From IMG/VR virus record IMGVR_UViG_3300043427_002668: a DNA stretch of 64,000 nt. The stretch is one strand, 5' to 3'. The notes beneath the pieces were generated by a model. The model was not told the DNA's origin. It saw only the letters and a list, made by a program, of their open reading frames with translations, and ran no database searches. The DNA is from a virus. Lineage: Duplodnaviria; Caudoviricetes. Of this stretch, positions 8,416 through 17,991 are shown one piece after another; the stretch's first letter is position 1, and every line of letters starts with the position of its first letter. Made by a program: the position numbers and the translations under genes.

Positions 8416-8444
8416 ATGTATAATTACCTTTGTGAGGGTTAATC

Positions 8445-8684
8445 ATGATGGATAAAGAAAATCTTAAGTTAATCATCAGAAACCTAGAGTCTCTTGTAGA
8501 CTGTTTGAAGTCAGAAGTCTATTCTGATGTTAATTCATATAAACCTCAGTATGAGGAGATTGCTCCTTATATTGATGATTATGATGAAGTCTTTTATGAT
8601 GAAGAGGAAGATGATGTATTTGGATCAGTAAGGGTCAACAAAAAATACAAACTAACAAACGACGATGATGGAGATGGACTGTGA
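8445..8684 (+). CDS. Acidic conserved hypothetical protein
   Basis: ORF track; GTGA overlap with thyX. Confidence 0.75.
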   Translation: MMDKENLKLIIRNLESLVDCLKSEVYSDVNSYKPQYEEIAPYIDDYDEVFYDEEEDDVFGSVRVNKKYKLTNDDDGDGL

Positions 8685-9403
8685 AGGACATGTTTGAAGA
8701 ATTCGAATTTATGAAACCAGAGGTAAAACTGGTGTCTGTTACCCCAGATGCAGAGAAACACATGGCGTATTGTGCCCGCGTTTCTAACCCAAAGAATCAG
8801 GACAATGAAAGTTTTGATGGATTGCTTAAGTATTGTATTAAACATCAGCACTGGAGTATCTTCGAGCAAGCATCTATGACTGTAGAAATCAATACTACAA
8901 GAGGTATTGCAGCTCAGATTTTGCGTCATAGGTCATTCACTTTTCAGGAGTTTTCTCAACGCTACGCTGATACCAATCTTCTAAACGAATCTATCCCTCT
9001 TCCTGAACTTCGTCGTCAAGATACGAAGAACCGTCAGAACTCAATTGACGACCTTCCAGACTACATGAAGCTTACTCTACTGGAAGATATCCGCGTTCTA
9101 TTCGAACAGTCTCAGAGGGTCTACAACCGCCTTCTGGAGAAGGGAGTAGCAAAGGAGTGTGCTAGGTTCGTACTACCCTTAGCGACCCCTACACGCCTCT
9201 ATATGACGGGTTCTGTGAGGTCTTGGATTCACTACATTGATTTGAGAGCAGGTCATGGTACACAGAAGGAACATATGGATATTGCTGAGGCAATTCGTTG
9301 TATTTTTACTTGTCAATTCCCAGCAGTTTCTGCTGCTCTTAATTGGAATCGTGATAACTGTGCTGATTGTGAAAGTATTCAACCATCAGTTCGTATAGAC
9401 TAA
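8681..9403 (+). CDS. thyX: FAD-dependent thymidylate synthase
   Basis: HWSIFEQ, QILRHRSFTFQEFSQRY, KECARFVLP motifs; true start may be 8711. Confidence 0.97.
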   Translation: MKDMFEEFEFMKPEVKLVSVTPDAEKHMAYCARVSNPKNQDNESFDGLLKYCIKHQHWSIFEQASMTVEINTTRGIAAQILRHRSFTFQEFSQRYADTNLLNESIPLPELRRQDTKNRQNSIDDLPDYMKLTLLEDIRVLFEQSQRVYNRLLEKGVAKECARFVLPLATPTRLYMTGSVRSWIHYIDLRAGHGTQKEHMDIAEAIRCIFTCQFPAVSAALNWNRDNCADCESIQPSVRID

Positions 9404-9432
9404 ATACTGACATATAAAATGGAGGAATAGAG

Positions 9433-9675
9433 TTGGCAATTTATCCAATCATTCATAAAGAAACGGGTGAAAAGAAAGTAATTGAAATGAGCGTTCATGA
9501 AATTACTCAATGGTATAAAGACAATCCAGAGTGGCAACGGGATTGGTCTGAAGGATGTGCGAGTCCAGGAGAAGTTGGAGATTGGCAAAATAAGCTAATC
9601 TCCAAAAATCCTGGATGGAATGAAGTTCTTGGTCGTGCTGCCAAGATGCCTGGTTCAAAAGTCAAAAAAATCTAA
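9433..9675 (+). CDS. Conserved cyanophage hypothetical protein (TTG start)
   Basis: GGAGG RBS before TTG. Confidence 0.8.
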   Translation: MAIYPIIHKETGEKKVIEMSVHEITQWYKDNPEWQRDWSEGCASPGEVGDWQNKLISKNPGWNEVLGRAAKMPGSKVKKI

Positions 9676-9681
9676 TTACAT

Positions 9682-10437
9682 ATGGCAAGAAGAAAAAGAG
9701 TAGAAGACCAACCAATTGGTGTTGGACTTACCGCAAAACAAATGAAGCGTAAGAAACCAATCAATGCTGATTTGATACGAGAGATTGAACCTCTTACGGA
9801 TAATCAAAAACTTCTCTACAAAGCATATGAAGCAAATCAAAATATCGTTGCTTATGGATGTGCTGGAACAGGTAAAACTTTCATCACACTCTATAATGCT
9901 CTCTGTGATGTATTGGACGAAAGAAGTCCTTATGAAAAAATTTATATCGTAAGGTCTCTTGTTGCCACCCGTGAGATTGGATTTCTTCCTGGAGATCATG
10001 AAGACAAGTCCTCTCTTTACCAAATTCCTTATAAGAATATGGTGAAGTATATGTTCCAACTCCCCACAGACGCAGATTTTGAGATGCTCTATGGAAACCT
10101 CAAAACTCAAGGAACGATTAGTTTTTGGAGTACTTCTTTTATTCGCGGAACTACTCTGGATAATGCAATTATAATCGTAGATGAATTCCAAAATCTTAAC
10201 TTCCATGAACTTGACTCTATCATCACTCGTGTTGGAGAAAACTCCAAGATTATGTTCTGCGGTGATGCAACTCAATCAGACTTGATTAAGTCAAATGAGA
10301 AGAATGGCATCGTTGACTTTATGAAGATTCTTCGGGTGATGCCCTCGATTGATATTATTGAATTTGGTGTTGAAGATATTGTTCGCTCTGGATTCGTGAA
10401 GGAATATATTCTTGCAAAAATGGAAATGAATCTATGA
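9682..10437 (+). CDS. phoH: PhoH-family ATPase
   Basis: GCAGTGKT Walker A, EIGFLPGD, FIRGTT, IVDEFQN, CGDATQSD. Confidence 0.96.
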   Translation: MARRKRVEDQPIGVGLTAKQMKRKKPINADLIREIEPLTDNQKLLYKAYEANQNIVAYGCAGTGKTFITLYNALCDVLDERSPYEKIYIVRSLVATREIGFLPGDHEDKSSLYQIPYKNMVKYMFQLPTDADFEMLYGNLKTQGTISFWSTSFIRGTTLDNAIIIVDEFQNLNFHELDSIITRVGENSKIMFCGDATQSDLIKSNEKNGIVDFMKILRVMPSIDIIEFGVEDIVRSGFVKEYILAKMEMNL

Positions 10438-11114
10438 CATTTATTCATCATAATTTTCTAGGTGATATTGAATTAGAAAAGAAAGAACAGAATGGCATCC
10501 GCCTCTACCATCTTCCTGACGGGCAGTGGGTGCCTTCTATCACTTCGGTCACTTCATTTTATAATCGTCAGATCTTTATTAACTGGCGAAAGAGAGTTGG
10601 ACTAGAAGAAGCAAATCGTATTACGAAGAGAGCAACAACAAGAGGAACTGATTTTCACCAAGTCTGTCAAGACTATCTTGAAAACAAAGAACTGAACTGG
10701 GATGATTATCAACCTCTGACAAAGTTTATGTTTCATCATTTGAAACCTGAACTTGATAAGATAAATAATATTCACGCAATTGAAAGAACTTTATACTCTC
10801 AGTATTTTGGACTTGCTGGACGAGTTGATTGTATCGCTGAGTATGAAGGTGAACTTGCGGTTATAGACTTTAAAACTTCAGAAAAAATTAAACCAGAAGA
10901 ATGGATTGAGAACTATTTCGTCCAAGAGATGTTTTATGCATCTGCTTATTATGAAATGACTGGTAAACCAATTAAAAAGTTAATCACATTAATGGTGACT
11001 CCTGGTGGAGAAGTGAAAGTATTTGACAAAAGAAACAAAGGCGAGTATATTAAACTACTAGTTCGCTATATTAAAGAATTTGTATCTCACAGTACTAGGC
11101 CAGATGGAGAATGA
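10434..11114 (+). CDS. PD-(D/E)XK exonuclease (RecB/Cas4-like) of T4-like cyanophages
   Basis: PSITSVT, RGTDFH, AGRVDC...IDFKTS, YFVQ motifs. Confidence 0.88.
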   Translation: MTFIHHNFLGDIELEKKEQNGIRLYHLPDGQWVPSITSVTSFYNRQIFINWRKRVGLEEANRITKRATTRGTDFHQVCQDYLENKELNWDDYQPLTKFMFHHLKPELDKINNIHAIERTLYSQYFGLAGRVDCIAEYEGELAVIDFKTSEKIKPEEWIENYFVQEMFYASAYYEMTGKPIKKLITLMVTPGGEVKVFDKRNKGEYIKLLVRYIKEFVSHSTRPDGE

Positions 11115-11361
11115 GTTAGAGAAAGTACTAGAAAGTAAATTTTTCTGTCCTTCGCGGTTCGCTCAGGAGATTGAGAATCTCGTTCAGGTGAATATCGAAA
11201 TGAATTATATTGACGCGATTATTCATTTTTGCGAACATAATAATATCGATTTGGAATCAGTTCCTAAACTCATTTCAAAACCCCTGAAAGAAAAAATTAA
11301 GTATGAAGCAATGGAACTCAACTTCTTAAAAAAGAGTTCCCGTGCAAAACTACCTCTTTGA
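11104..11361 (+). CDS. gp33: Late transcription co-activator gp33
   Basis: YIDAIIHFCEHNNID...KLISKPLKEKIKYEA; synteny exo-33-59-32. Confidence 0.9.
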   Translation: MENELEKVLESKFFCPSRFAQEIENLVQVNIEMNYIDAIIHFCEHNNIDLESVPKLISKPLKEKIKYEAMELNFLKKSSRAKLPL

Positions 11362-11364
11362 TGA

Positions 11365-11961
11365 ATGATGCCATTCGATTCTTATAAAACTTATCTGTCC
11401 TTGAAGAATCATTTCACCAAGGACAGTTATGATTACTTTAAATATTGTGGTAAAAGTCGTGCCACTCTTCAATCTTTTTACAAACGAAAAGACCGAATGT
11501 GGTTTGAGAAAGTTGCAAGACAAAAAACAGATCAGGAAGTTGTAGATTTTTTTGTTGCTAATTTCGTCTCCTGTAATGATCCAGAAACTCTCTGGATTGG
11601 TGAGATGATTAAAGAAGGAGAAGATAGATATCAAAATTGGCAAAAGAAAATTCAATCTCTTTCTTATCTCTTTAAAGAAGAAAGTGAATCTTTATTTGAA
11701 GAAAATAAATTTCAAGAAGTTTTTAGTTGTTCCAAAGGACATCCTCCTCTTCTTAAAAAGTTTCTAACTGGTAAAGTAAGTTTGGAAACACTTGTCATCT
11801 ACGATAAAATCTTTTCTTACTCAAAGAATTTTGATAAGAAACTTAAGGATCCAGTGTGGGAAACCGTCAGTCGTAGGGTTAAAAAATATAATCCATTTCT
11901 AAATATTGATGTATTTCGGTTTCGTAAAATTTTAAAAGAAATCGTTTTGGAGGGTTCATGA
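11365..11961 (+). CDS. gp59: Helicase loader gp59
   Basis: YLSLKNHFT..YDYFKY, FYKRKD, SLETLVI motifs. Confidence 0.93.
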   Translation: MMPFDSYKTYLSLKNHFTKDSYDYFKYCGKSRATLQSFYKRKDRMWFEKVARQKTDQEVVDFFVANFVSCNDPETLWIGEMIKEGEDRYQNWQKKIQSLSYLFKEESESLFEENKFQEVFSCSKGHPPLLKKFLTGKVSLETLVIYDKIFSYSKNFDKKLKDPVWETVSRRVKKYNPFLNIDVFRFRKILKEIVLEGS

Positions 11962-12299
11962 GTTTCTTTAGTTCAGAAGTTGTCCGTGCTGAGATGACTG
12001 AAATATCAGAGATGCAAGAAGAAATTTATTCGAACATCTTCAAGTTTCCTACAATGACTAAGGAAGAACGACTGGATCATGTTGAACTTCTTGAACGTCT
12101 TTTAGAAAAACAAAAAGTTCTCTATACGAGAATGAGTTTGTCTGATGACCCCGAAGCACAGCAGATGAAAGATCGTATTGTTGAATCTGCAATGATGATG
12201 GGTATGCCTCCGGGTACTGATATGAATATCATTCTTAACAATATGTCTAGGATGCTTGAGATGATGAAGGAACAGATTGACAAGCACGACCCAGACTGA
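11958..12299 (+). CDS. DUF1825-like conserved cyanophage protein
   Basis: MSFFSSEVVRAE...LLEKQKVLYTRMSLSDDPEA pattern. Confidence 0.75.
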   Translation: MSFFSSEVVRAEMTEISEMQEEIYSNIFKFPTMTKEERLDHVELLERLLEKQKVLYTRMSLSDDPEAQQMKDRIVESAMMMGMPPGTDMNIILNNMSRMLEMMKEQIDKHDPD

Positions 12300-12305
12300 T
12301 AGAAT
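12277..12305 (+). promoter_or_regulatory. Sigma70-type promoter TTGACA-17-TAGAAT for gp32
   Basis: Consensus -35, near-consensus -10, 17-bp spacer. Confidence 0.8.
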
Positions 12306-12369
12306 ATGGGCTGGACGATCCCTTAAGCAAAGTCCCAAAAGCCAAATCCAATTAATACGGAGAAATCTA

Positions 12370-13314
12370 ATGTCTTTTTCAGATCTAAAAAAGCAATCCA
12401 AACTTGGTTCTTTGACTGCTAAACTAGTCAAAGAAGTTGAAAAAATGAGTGCCACCAGCGGTGGTGAAGATGATCGTCTCTGGAAACCCGAACTTGATAA
12501 AACTGGAAACGGTTTTGCAGTGATTCGTTTCCTTCCTGCTCCTGAGGGTGAAGATGTTCCCTGGGCAAAGATTTATTCTCATGGTTTTCAAGGTCCTGGT
12601 GGTTGGTACATTGAAAACTCTCTGACTACTCTAGGTCAGAAAGATCCTGTTTCCGAATACAATCGCAAACTGTGGAACAGTGGTAGCGATAAAGATAAAG
12701 AAACTGTTCGTAAGCAGAAGCGTAAACTGTCTTATTACAGCAACATTTATGTTGTAAAAGACCCTACCAATCCTCAAAACGAAGGTAAAGTCTTCCTGTT
12801 TAAATACGGCAAGAAGATCTTTGACAAGATTATGGAAGCAATGCAACCTGAGTTTGAGGATGAAACTCCTATCAATCCTTTTGACTTCTGGCAGGGTGCG
12901 AATTTCAAACTCAAAATCGTTAAGAAAGATGGGTACTGGAATTACGACAAGTCAGAATTTGGTTCTGTTGAACCACTACTGGATGATGACGATGCTCTGG
13001 AAGCCATCTGGAAGAAAGAGTATTCTCTGGCAGCAGTAACTGCTCCCGATCAGTTTAAGTCCTATGAAGAACTGGAAGCACGTATGAACGTTGTTCTGGG
13101 TCTTCAAACTTCTTCTCCTGCACGTTCCCGTGCTGTAATGGAGGAGGAAGATGAGTATGAATCTTATGCAGAAAAACCGACTGCTGAGAGTCGTGTCGTA
13201 GAGGAACTGGAGCAATCTTATGCTCGTTCTAAGTCTCCTTCACTTCCTAAGATCGCTCAGGATGATGATGAGGATGATGCTCTCTCTTACTTCCAGCGTC
13301 TTGCTGAAGAGTGA
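12370..13314 (+). CDS. gp32: Single-stranded DNA-binding protein gp32
   Basis: DDRLWKP, AVIRFLPAP, WYIENSLTT, FKYGKKIFDKI, acidic C-tail; CGGAG RBS. Confidence 0.97.
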   Translation: MSFSDLKKQSKLGSLTAKLVKEVEKMSATSGGEDDRLWKPELDKTGNGFAVIRFLPAPEGEDVPWAKIYSHGFQGPGGWYIENSLTTLGQKDPVSEYNRKLWNSGSDKDKETVRKQKRKLSYYSNIYVVKDPTNPQNEGKVFLFKYGKKIFDKIMEAMQPEFEDETPINPFDFWQGANFKLKIVKKDGYWNYDKSEFGSVEPLLDDDDALEAIWKKEYSLAAVTAPDQFKSYEELEARMNVVLGLQTSSPARSRAVMEEEDEYESYAEKPTAESRVVEELEQSYARSKSPSLPKIAQDDDEDDALSYFQRLAEE

Positions 13315-13980
13315 TTATTCAAAGAGTCTAATATTATCTCCTTTCTTAAGGTTCTCAGCAACATACTGCTGAGAACCTTTTTTGTATGGCATAATCTCTG
13401 CAATATCATCAAATACAATACTTAAGTATCTTGATTTGAGAACGTAGATATTTCTTTTCTTTTCTTCCAACTCAACTTCATACTCGTAATTTGTGACTGG
13501 AATCGCAAAATCTTTTGCATCCTTATATTCACCGTTATCATAGTATTGAAGACTGAATTTTTCATCAACAATTAGACCTTCTGGAATAATTATAGTTCCA
13601 TTGGAGTCTATAATTTCTGTAGTCTTATAATATTTAATTCCATTATAAAGAGTATTATAGTCATTGTATTTGTCTAGGACATACTTATCAAATGTTCTTT
13701 GAGTCATGGGCCATTCTGTTTTTACGTCAAGTATGTTATTGGAAAGAAGAACTATCCAATCTAGGGTTTCATCATCATAAATTTTGAATGCAACATTATC
13801 GGGTCTTTCATCTCCAATAATTTGATATTTTTCAAAGTATGCTAGATTTTGAAAAATATCATCACGAAGTTTTGCTCTTTTGAAAAGATTTTTTACAACA
13901 GTGTAATCTGAAAGATTTTTTTCATCTTTTACTCGATTAATATAAGCGAAGTTTGGAACTGATCTGAAGTAGAATGCCAT
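13315..13980 (-). CDS. gp53: Baseplate wedge protein gp53
   Basis: ERPDNVA..IY...DWIVLLSNNI LysM-like motif. Confidence 0.9.
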   Translation of the reverse strand: MAFYFRSVPNFAYINRVKDEKNLSDYTVVKNLFKRAKLRDDIFQNLAYFEKYQIIGDERPDNVAFKIYDDETLDWIVLLSNNILDVKTEWPMTQRTFDKYVLDKYNDYNTLYNGIKYYKTTEIIDSNGTIIIPEGLIVDEKFSLQYYDNGEYKDAKDFAIPVTNYEYEVELEEKKRNIYVLKSRYLSIVFDDIAEIMPYKKGSQQYVAENLKKGDNIRLFE

Positions 13981-13982
13981 TT

Positions 13983-15356
13983 TTAGTAACCTATTTCTGA
14001 TTCAAATGTTGTTGATCCCTTACCATAGTCATCATCATAAACCGGTTCAAGTTCTGAGAATTGCATTGATATATCGTATTGCGTCATTGCACCATCATAA
14101 AAAGTTGCATAGTTTCCTGCAGGAGTATAATTGACATTGAATGAAGTGAGAGCACATTCTTTGATTTTGTTAATCCAAGGATGTTCTTTTGTTCCTATCA
14201 TATATTTAATCTCAAATGTGTTAGGTGATTTCAAGAATAGTCCAGTGCTTGCTCTTTTTACTGACATTCCTTGTTTAAAAAATCTAATAATATTTCTAAT
14301 TCTTTTTGCTTCATCTGGTTCTCTAGCAGATAAACTGAATGTAAAGTTAAACCCTCTTAAATTTGGACCTTGGAATAAAAGTTCCATATTTGGATTTATA
14401 ATTCCACCAGTGGTTCTTGTTAGAAGACCTTTTGTTCCTGCTGCTTTATCTGCAAAACCTGCAGCAAATGCAGTTTTTATATCTTGAGATGCTCCAGTTA
14501 AAAGATCTGCAGATGCTTGAATTGCTTGACCAGCTCCTTCTGCTCCTCCCGTAATTGTTCCTAAAGCACCTGCTGCAGCGATTGCCTGTGCGGCGTTCAT
14601 TTCATCAGATCCCCATTGAACTGTATTTGAATCTGAAATACTTGGTTGAATTGGGAGAATTACTGAACTTCCTCTTCTTTTTCCTTCAGTTGATCTTTCT
14701 CCGAAAGGGTCTCCTTTTGCAATTCCAGTTAAATTTATATTTTTTGGAGCATATTCCAACATTGTAAATCTTATATAATCTTGTTTATTTGTATCTAAAC
14801 CTATTGGGTACTTTAAGTATAGACCTGCTGGATATTCAGAAACTTTTCTTGTTTCACTGCTGTCTCCAATTGTTAATTTTTTCAAATTATCTTGAGCCTG
14901 ATTTAAATCTACTGTTTGTTGAGGTTCATTCGTTGCTCCAGTACCTTCTGCAGTTGCTGCTGCATTCCCATTACTTAGTTGATTTAACTGTTGGGGAGAA
15001 GCACCATTTGCCTTTGCATCTATCTGAGCGGTGCTTTTTACTGCATTATTTAAAGCACCTCCTGGTTGAAGTGATTTTAATTGATCTTGTGTTAAAATAT
15101 TATTTCCACTTGCGTCTTTTGTGGGAGACCATGATTTTCCTCCATCAGTAGAAGTAGCTAATGCTCTATCAGTCTTTCCGCTTCTTGCAGTAACACTGTC
15201 CTGAAGAGTTAATTTTGACGCTCCTACTTGACTGTTTGTTATATTGGTTTCTGTCTTTACTGTATAAATTGTTGTAGAGTTTCCTATTTTTAACGGAAAT
15301 GGTTTGCTAGTACTTGTTTTAGAACCTTCAGAATTCCATTGTTGGCTACTAGGCAT
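13983..15356 (-). CDS. gp48: Baseplate tail-tube cap gp48 with N-terminal extension
   Basis: NPNMELLFQGPNLRGFNFTF, LFLKSPNTFEI, CALTSFNVNYTP, FSELEP. Confidence 0.88.
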   Translation of the reverse strand: MPSSQQWNSEGSKTSTSKPFPLKIGNSTTIYTVKTETNITNSQVGASKLTLQDSVTARSGKTDRALATSTDGGKSWSPTKDASGNNILTQDQLKSLQPGGALNNAVKSTAQIDAKANGASPQQLNQLSNGNAAATAEGTGATNEPQQTVDLNQAQDNLKKLTIGDSSETRKVSEYPAGLYLKYPIGLDTNKQDYIRFTMLEYAPKNINLTGIAKGDPFGERSTEGKRRGSSVILPIQPSISDSNTVQWGSDEMNAAQAIAAAGALGTITGGAEGAGQAIQASADLLTGASQDIKTAFAAGFADKAAGTKGLLTRTTGGIINPNMELLFQGPNLRGFNFTFSLSAREPDEAKRIRNIIRFFKQGMSVKRASTGLFLKSPNTFEIKYMIGTKEHPWINKIKECALTSFNVNYTPAGNYATFYDGAMTQYDISMQFSELEPVYDDDYGKGSTTFESEIGY

Positions 15357-15418
15357 CAACCTCTCCTCCAAATTTCTGAAGGATTAAAGATCTCAATTTT
15401 TTGTAGAGTATGAGACAT
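15356..15418 (-). CDS. Possible 20-aa upstream ORF (MSHTLQKIEIFNPSEIWRRG)
   Basis: TGATG overlap with the gp48 start; just downstream of a late-promoter-like AATAAATA. Confidence 0.35.
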   Translation of the reverse strand: MSHTLQKIEIFNPSEIWRRG

Positions 15419-15435
15419 TTATATGGAGAGGACTT

Positions 15436-15825
15436 TTATTTATTTAGACGGAATTTTCCATATTGCAATGAGACTAATTCGTCCAACTCGTTATACTTAA
15501 CGACGTGAAGTTTTCCGATAACTTCCTCCCAAGTATATTGTCTTGCCTGTCTCCAGTGAAAATTAAATCCTTTAAATCCCCATCCATAAAGTTCAGTGCA
15601 AGCAATTAATGGATGTTGATCGTATTCAATATCTGGTGTTTTTGGGTTATAGATGAAAGTATAAAACTTTCCTGGTTCTGGATATAGAACTTCTTCTTTG
15701 AAGATATCCATAATAATTAACATGATATCTTCTGGATCTCCACTTCCCAATTGCTCTACTTTTTTTAAGAGTTCTTTTGTTCTTACTGTTCCAGTTCCTA
15801 CGTACTTTCCAAAACCTTCTGCCAT
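15436..15825 (-). CDS. Conserved cyanophage hypothetical protein
   Basis: TAATG overlap with gp4; YDQHPLIAC motif. Confidence 0.8.
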   Translation of the reverse strand: MAEGFGKYVGTGTVRTKELLKKVEQLGSGDPEDIMLIIMDIFKEEVLYPEPGKFYTFIYNPKTPDIEYDQHPLIACTELYGWGFKGFNFHWRQARQYTWEEVIGKLHVVKYNELDELVSLQYGKFRLNK

Positions 15826-16268
15826 TACTTAATACCTAAGTCTTCTTCGGTGATTACTTTGAATTCTAACATTCTATCCGCACACCACTCTTGTGCCGCT
15901 TTCCACTTTGCTTGATTTACCGCATAAGTTTTACATTCGTGCAGATAAGATTTAGTTACTCTTGACTTTTGTTTTGGTGGGACGGTTTGTTTTTTCGGTT
16001 TTACCTCAATCACGTAAGTTTTAATTTTTCCAGACGCTTCTTTAACTTTGATTAAGTAATCTGGAAAATATCTATGCACTCTATTATCAACCGGAGACAC
16101 ATACCCTATACAAAACTCTTCAGAAGCCCAAGAAATTATGCTTGGATTGTGGTCGCACCAATAACAGAACCTACGTTCCCAACTGCTTCTGCAGATAATA
16201 TTGTTTGCGTCACCTTGATATTTTTCTGGATACGATGGTTTGTAGATACTTTTAATACTTTCTGCCAT
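15825..16268 (-). CDS. gp4: Head completion protein gp4 (TnsA-like nuclease fold)
   Basis: KYQGD, RSSWERRFC, HRYFPDY, IEVKPKKQT, NQAKW motifs. Confidence 0.92.
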   Translation of the reverse strand: MAESIKSIYKPSYPEKYQGDANNIICRSSWERRFCYWCDHNPSIISWASEEFCIGYVSPVDNRVHRYFPDYLIKVKEASGKIKTYVIEVKPKKQTVPPKQKSRVTKSYLHECKTYAVNQAKWKAAQEWCADRMLEFKVITEEDLGIK

Positions 16269-16297
16269 TTCCAGCATACATAATATAACAGTAAAAA

Positions 16298-16305
16298 TAT
16301 TTATA
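16298..16305 (-). promoter_or_regulatory. T4 late promoter TATAAATA
   Basis: Exact T4 consensus about 30 nt upstream of gp4. Confidence 0.7.
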
Positions 16306-16306
16306 A

Positions 16307-17212
16307 ATGCCAGCTCCAACTCCAAGAGTAAGGGACGTATCGTTTTTAAAAACGAAGATAATGCAACCTGCATTAACTTCGAATTTTGAATGTCATTTTG
16401 TCATACCACCAGAAGTAAACAAGCAGCTTGGATATAATGGAATATCTGGATCATCTCCTTTTACTACAGAGACATTAACAATTTCTTGTTCTGATGCGTC
16501 TCTTCCAGGTTCATCTCTTACAACTCATGAATTAAATAATGATTTTACTGGTGTTACACAAAGACATGCATATAGAAGATTATATGATGATAGGGCAGAT
16601 TTTACTTTTTATGTAAATAGAGATTACCTTCAGATAAGATTATTTGAAATTTGGATGAGGTATATTGCCGGAGAACAAGCATCATTTGGGGAAAGTAATA
16701 CCGTATCATATAGAGTAAATTACCCAAAAAATTATAAAGCAAGTGCAATCTATATTACTAAATTTGAAAGAGATCTTGGATCAAAAAGTTCTCCTAATAA
16801 TAAAACCTTAGTTTATACATTTGTAAATGCATTTCCAATTTCTATAACTTCAATCCCCGTTTCTTATGATAGTTCTCAACTTTTAAAGTGTACTGTTTCC
16901 TTTACTTATGATAGGTATTTTGTGGGTAATGTGAAGGATAAATCGCCTACAGGAGACCCATCACAATCACTAGCAACTGGTGTTCCTAATCCAAATGATG
17001 TTACTTATTCCAGTGGTGTGGATCAAAATGCATTTACTGGAGATGCATCACTTACTAAAGATGTTACAAATACTTTAAATAATGTTTCTCCAAATCAATT
17101 AAATAGGCAACCAGCATTTACTCAATCCGAGATTACTAGTGCAATAGATGCTGAGAGACAACTTCAGTTAAATGGAGTTCCTGCAGATAGCGGTGCTTTA
17201 AACCTCTTTTGA
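16307..17212 (+). CDS. Tail tube-like / tube initiator (gp54/gp19-like) protein
   Basis: SCSDASLPGSSLTT, FINAFPISI-like motif, CTVSFTYD tube-fold pattern. Confidence 0.7.
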   Translation: MPAPTPRVRDVSFLKTKIMQPALTSNFECHFVIPPEVNKQLGYNGISGSSPFTTETLTISCSDASLPGSSLTTHELNNDFTGVTQRHAYRRLYDDRADFTFYVNRDYLQIRLFEIWMRYIAGEQASFGESNTVSYRVNYPKNYKASAIYITKFERDLGSKSSPNNKTLVYTFVNAFPISITSIPVSYDSSQLLKCTVSFTYDRYFVGNVKDKSPTGDPSQSLATGVPNPNDVTYSSGVDQNAFTGDASLTKDVTNTLNNVSPNQLNRQPAFTQSEITSAIDAERQLQLNGVPADSGALNLF

Positions 17213-17218
17213 TCTTTT

Positions 17219-17226
17219 AATAAATA
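17219..17226 (+). promoter_or_regulatory. Late promoter-like AATAAATA
   Basis: NATAAATA upstream of gp26. Confidence 0.6.
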
Positions 17227-17253
17227 GTCACACCTGAATTGTTTTAGGAGATT

Positions 17254-17973
17254 ATGCCTTTACCAAAAATTGCAACTCCAACATATGAGTTGGAATTACC
17301 TTCGACTGGGGAAACAATTAAGTATCGTCCATTCTTAGTTAAAGAAGAAAAACTTTTAGTCATTGCCCTAGAATCTGAAGATACGAAACAGATTACTACA
17401 GCAATAAAGACGGTTATTAAAAACTGTATTGAGACGAAGGGAATTAAAGTAGAAACTCTTCCAACATTTGATATTGAATATTTGTTTTTAAATATTCGTG
17501 GTAAGTCCGTTGGAGAAGAGATAGAAGTTAATATTATCTGTCCTGATGATGGGGAGACTACAGTTCCTATTAAAATTAATGTTGATGATATCAAAGTTCA
17601 AAAGAATGAAGATCATAATAATAAAATTAAATTAGATTCTCATTTGATGATGGAAATGAAGTATCCTTCATTGGATCAATTCATTAAAAATAATTTTGAT
17701 TTATCCAACAATAATGCATTGGAACAATCTTTTGAACTTGTTGCATCATGTGTAGATAAAATTTATAATGAAGAAGATGTTTGGTCTGCTGCAGATGTAA
17801 CGAAGAAAGAACTTATGGAGTTTTTGGATCAAATGAATACGACTCAATTTAAACAGATTGAAAAGTTCTTTGAGACAATGCCTAAACTTTCTCATAAAGT
17901 TATGGTGAAAAATCCAAAGACAGAAGTTGAAAGTGAAGTCGTATTAGAGGGTCTCTCAAGTTTTTTCGCATAG
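17254..17973 (+). CDS. gp26: Baseplate hub assembly protein gp26
   Basis: MPLPKIATPTYELELPS, YRPFLVKEEK, DIEYLFLNIRGKSVGE, LEGLSSFF. Confidence 0.93.
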   Translation: MPLPKIATPTYELELPSTGETIKYRPFLVKEEKLLVIALESEDTKQITTAIKTVIKNCIETKGIKVETLPTFDIEYLFLNIRGKSVGEEIEVNIICPDDGETTVPIKINVDDIKVQKNEDHNNKIKLDSHLMMEMKYPSLDQFIKNNFDLSNNNALEQSFELVASCVDKIYNEEDVWSAADVTKKELMEFLDQMNTTQFKQIEKFFETMPKLSHKVMVKNPKTEVESEVVLEGLSSFFA

Positions 17974-17991
17974 CACTGATCCATATGGATC
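17961..17991 (+). other. Candidate -1 ribosomal frameshift signal
   Basis: T_TTT_TTC heptamer (17961-17967) in the gp26 frame one codon before the stop; -1 frame open into gp51; GATCC-ATAT-GGATC hairpin at 17978-17991. Confidence 0.7.

Noticed and set aside
10434-11114. Cas4-like nuclease as a CRISPR component
   Set aside because: Sits in the usual phoH-exonuclease-gp33-gp59 block with no other cas genes
12277-12369. N-terminal extensions given by the ORF track (gp32, gp4, gp33, talC, repeat protein A)
   Set aside because: Downstream ATGs match family N-termini and/or have better RBS context; the extensions overlap promoters or neighbouring genes
15825-16268. TnsA-like motif as a transposase or homing endonuclease
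   Set aside because: Matches T4 gp4 in its normal context; no terminal repeats
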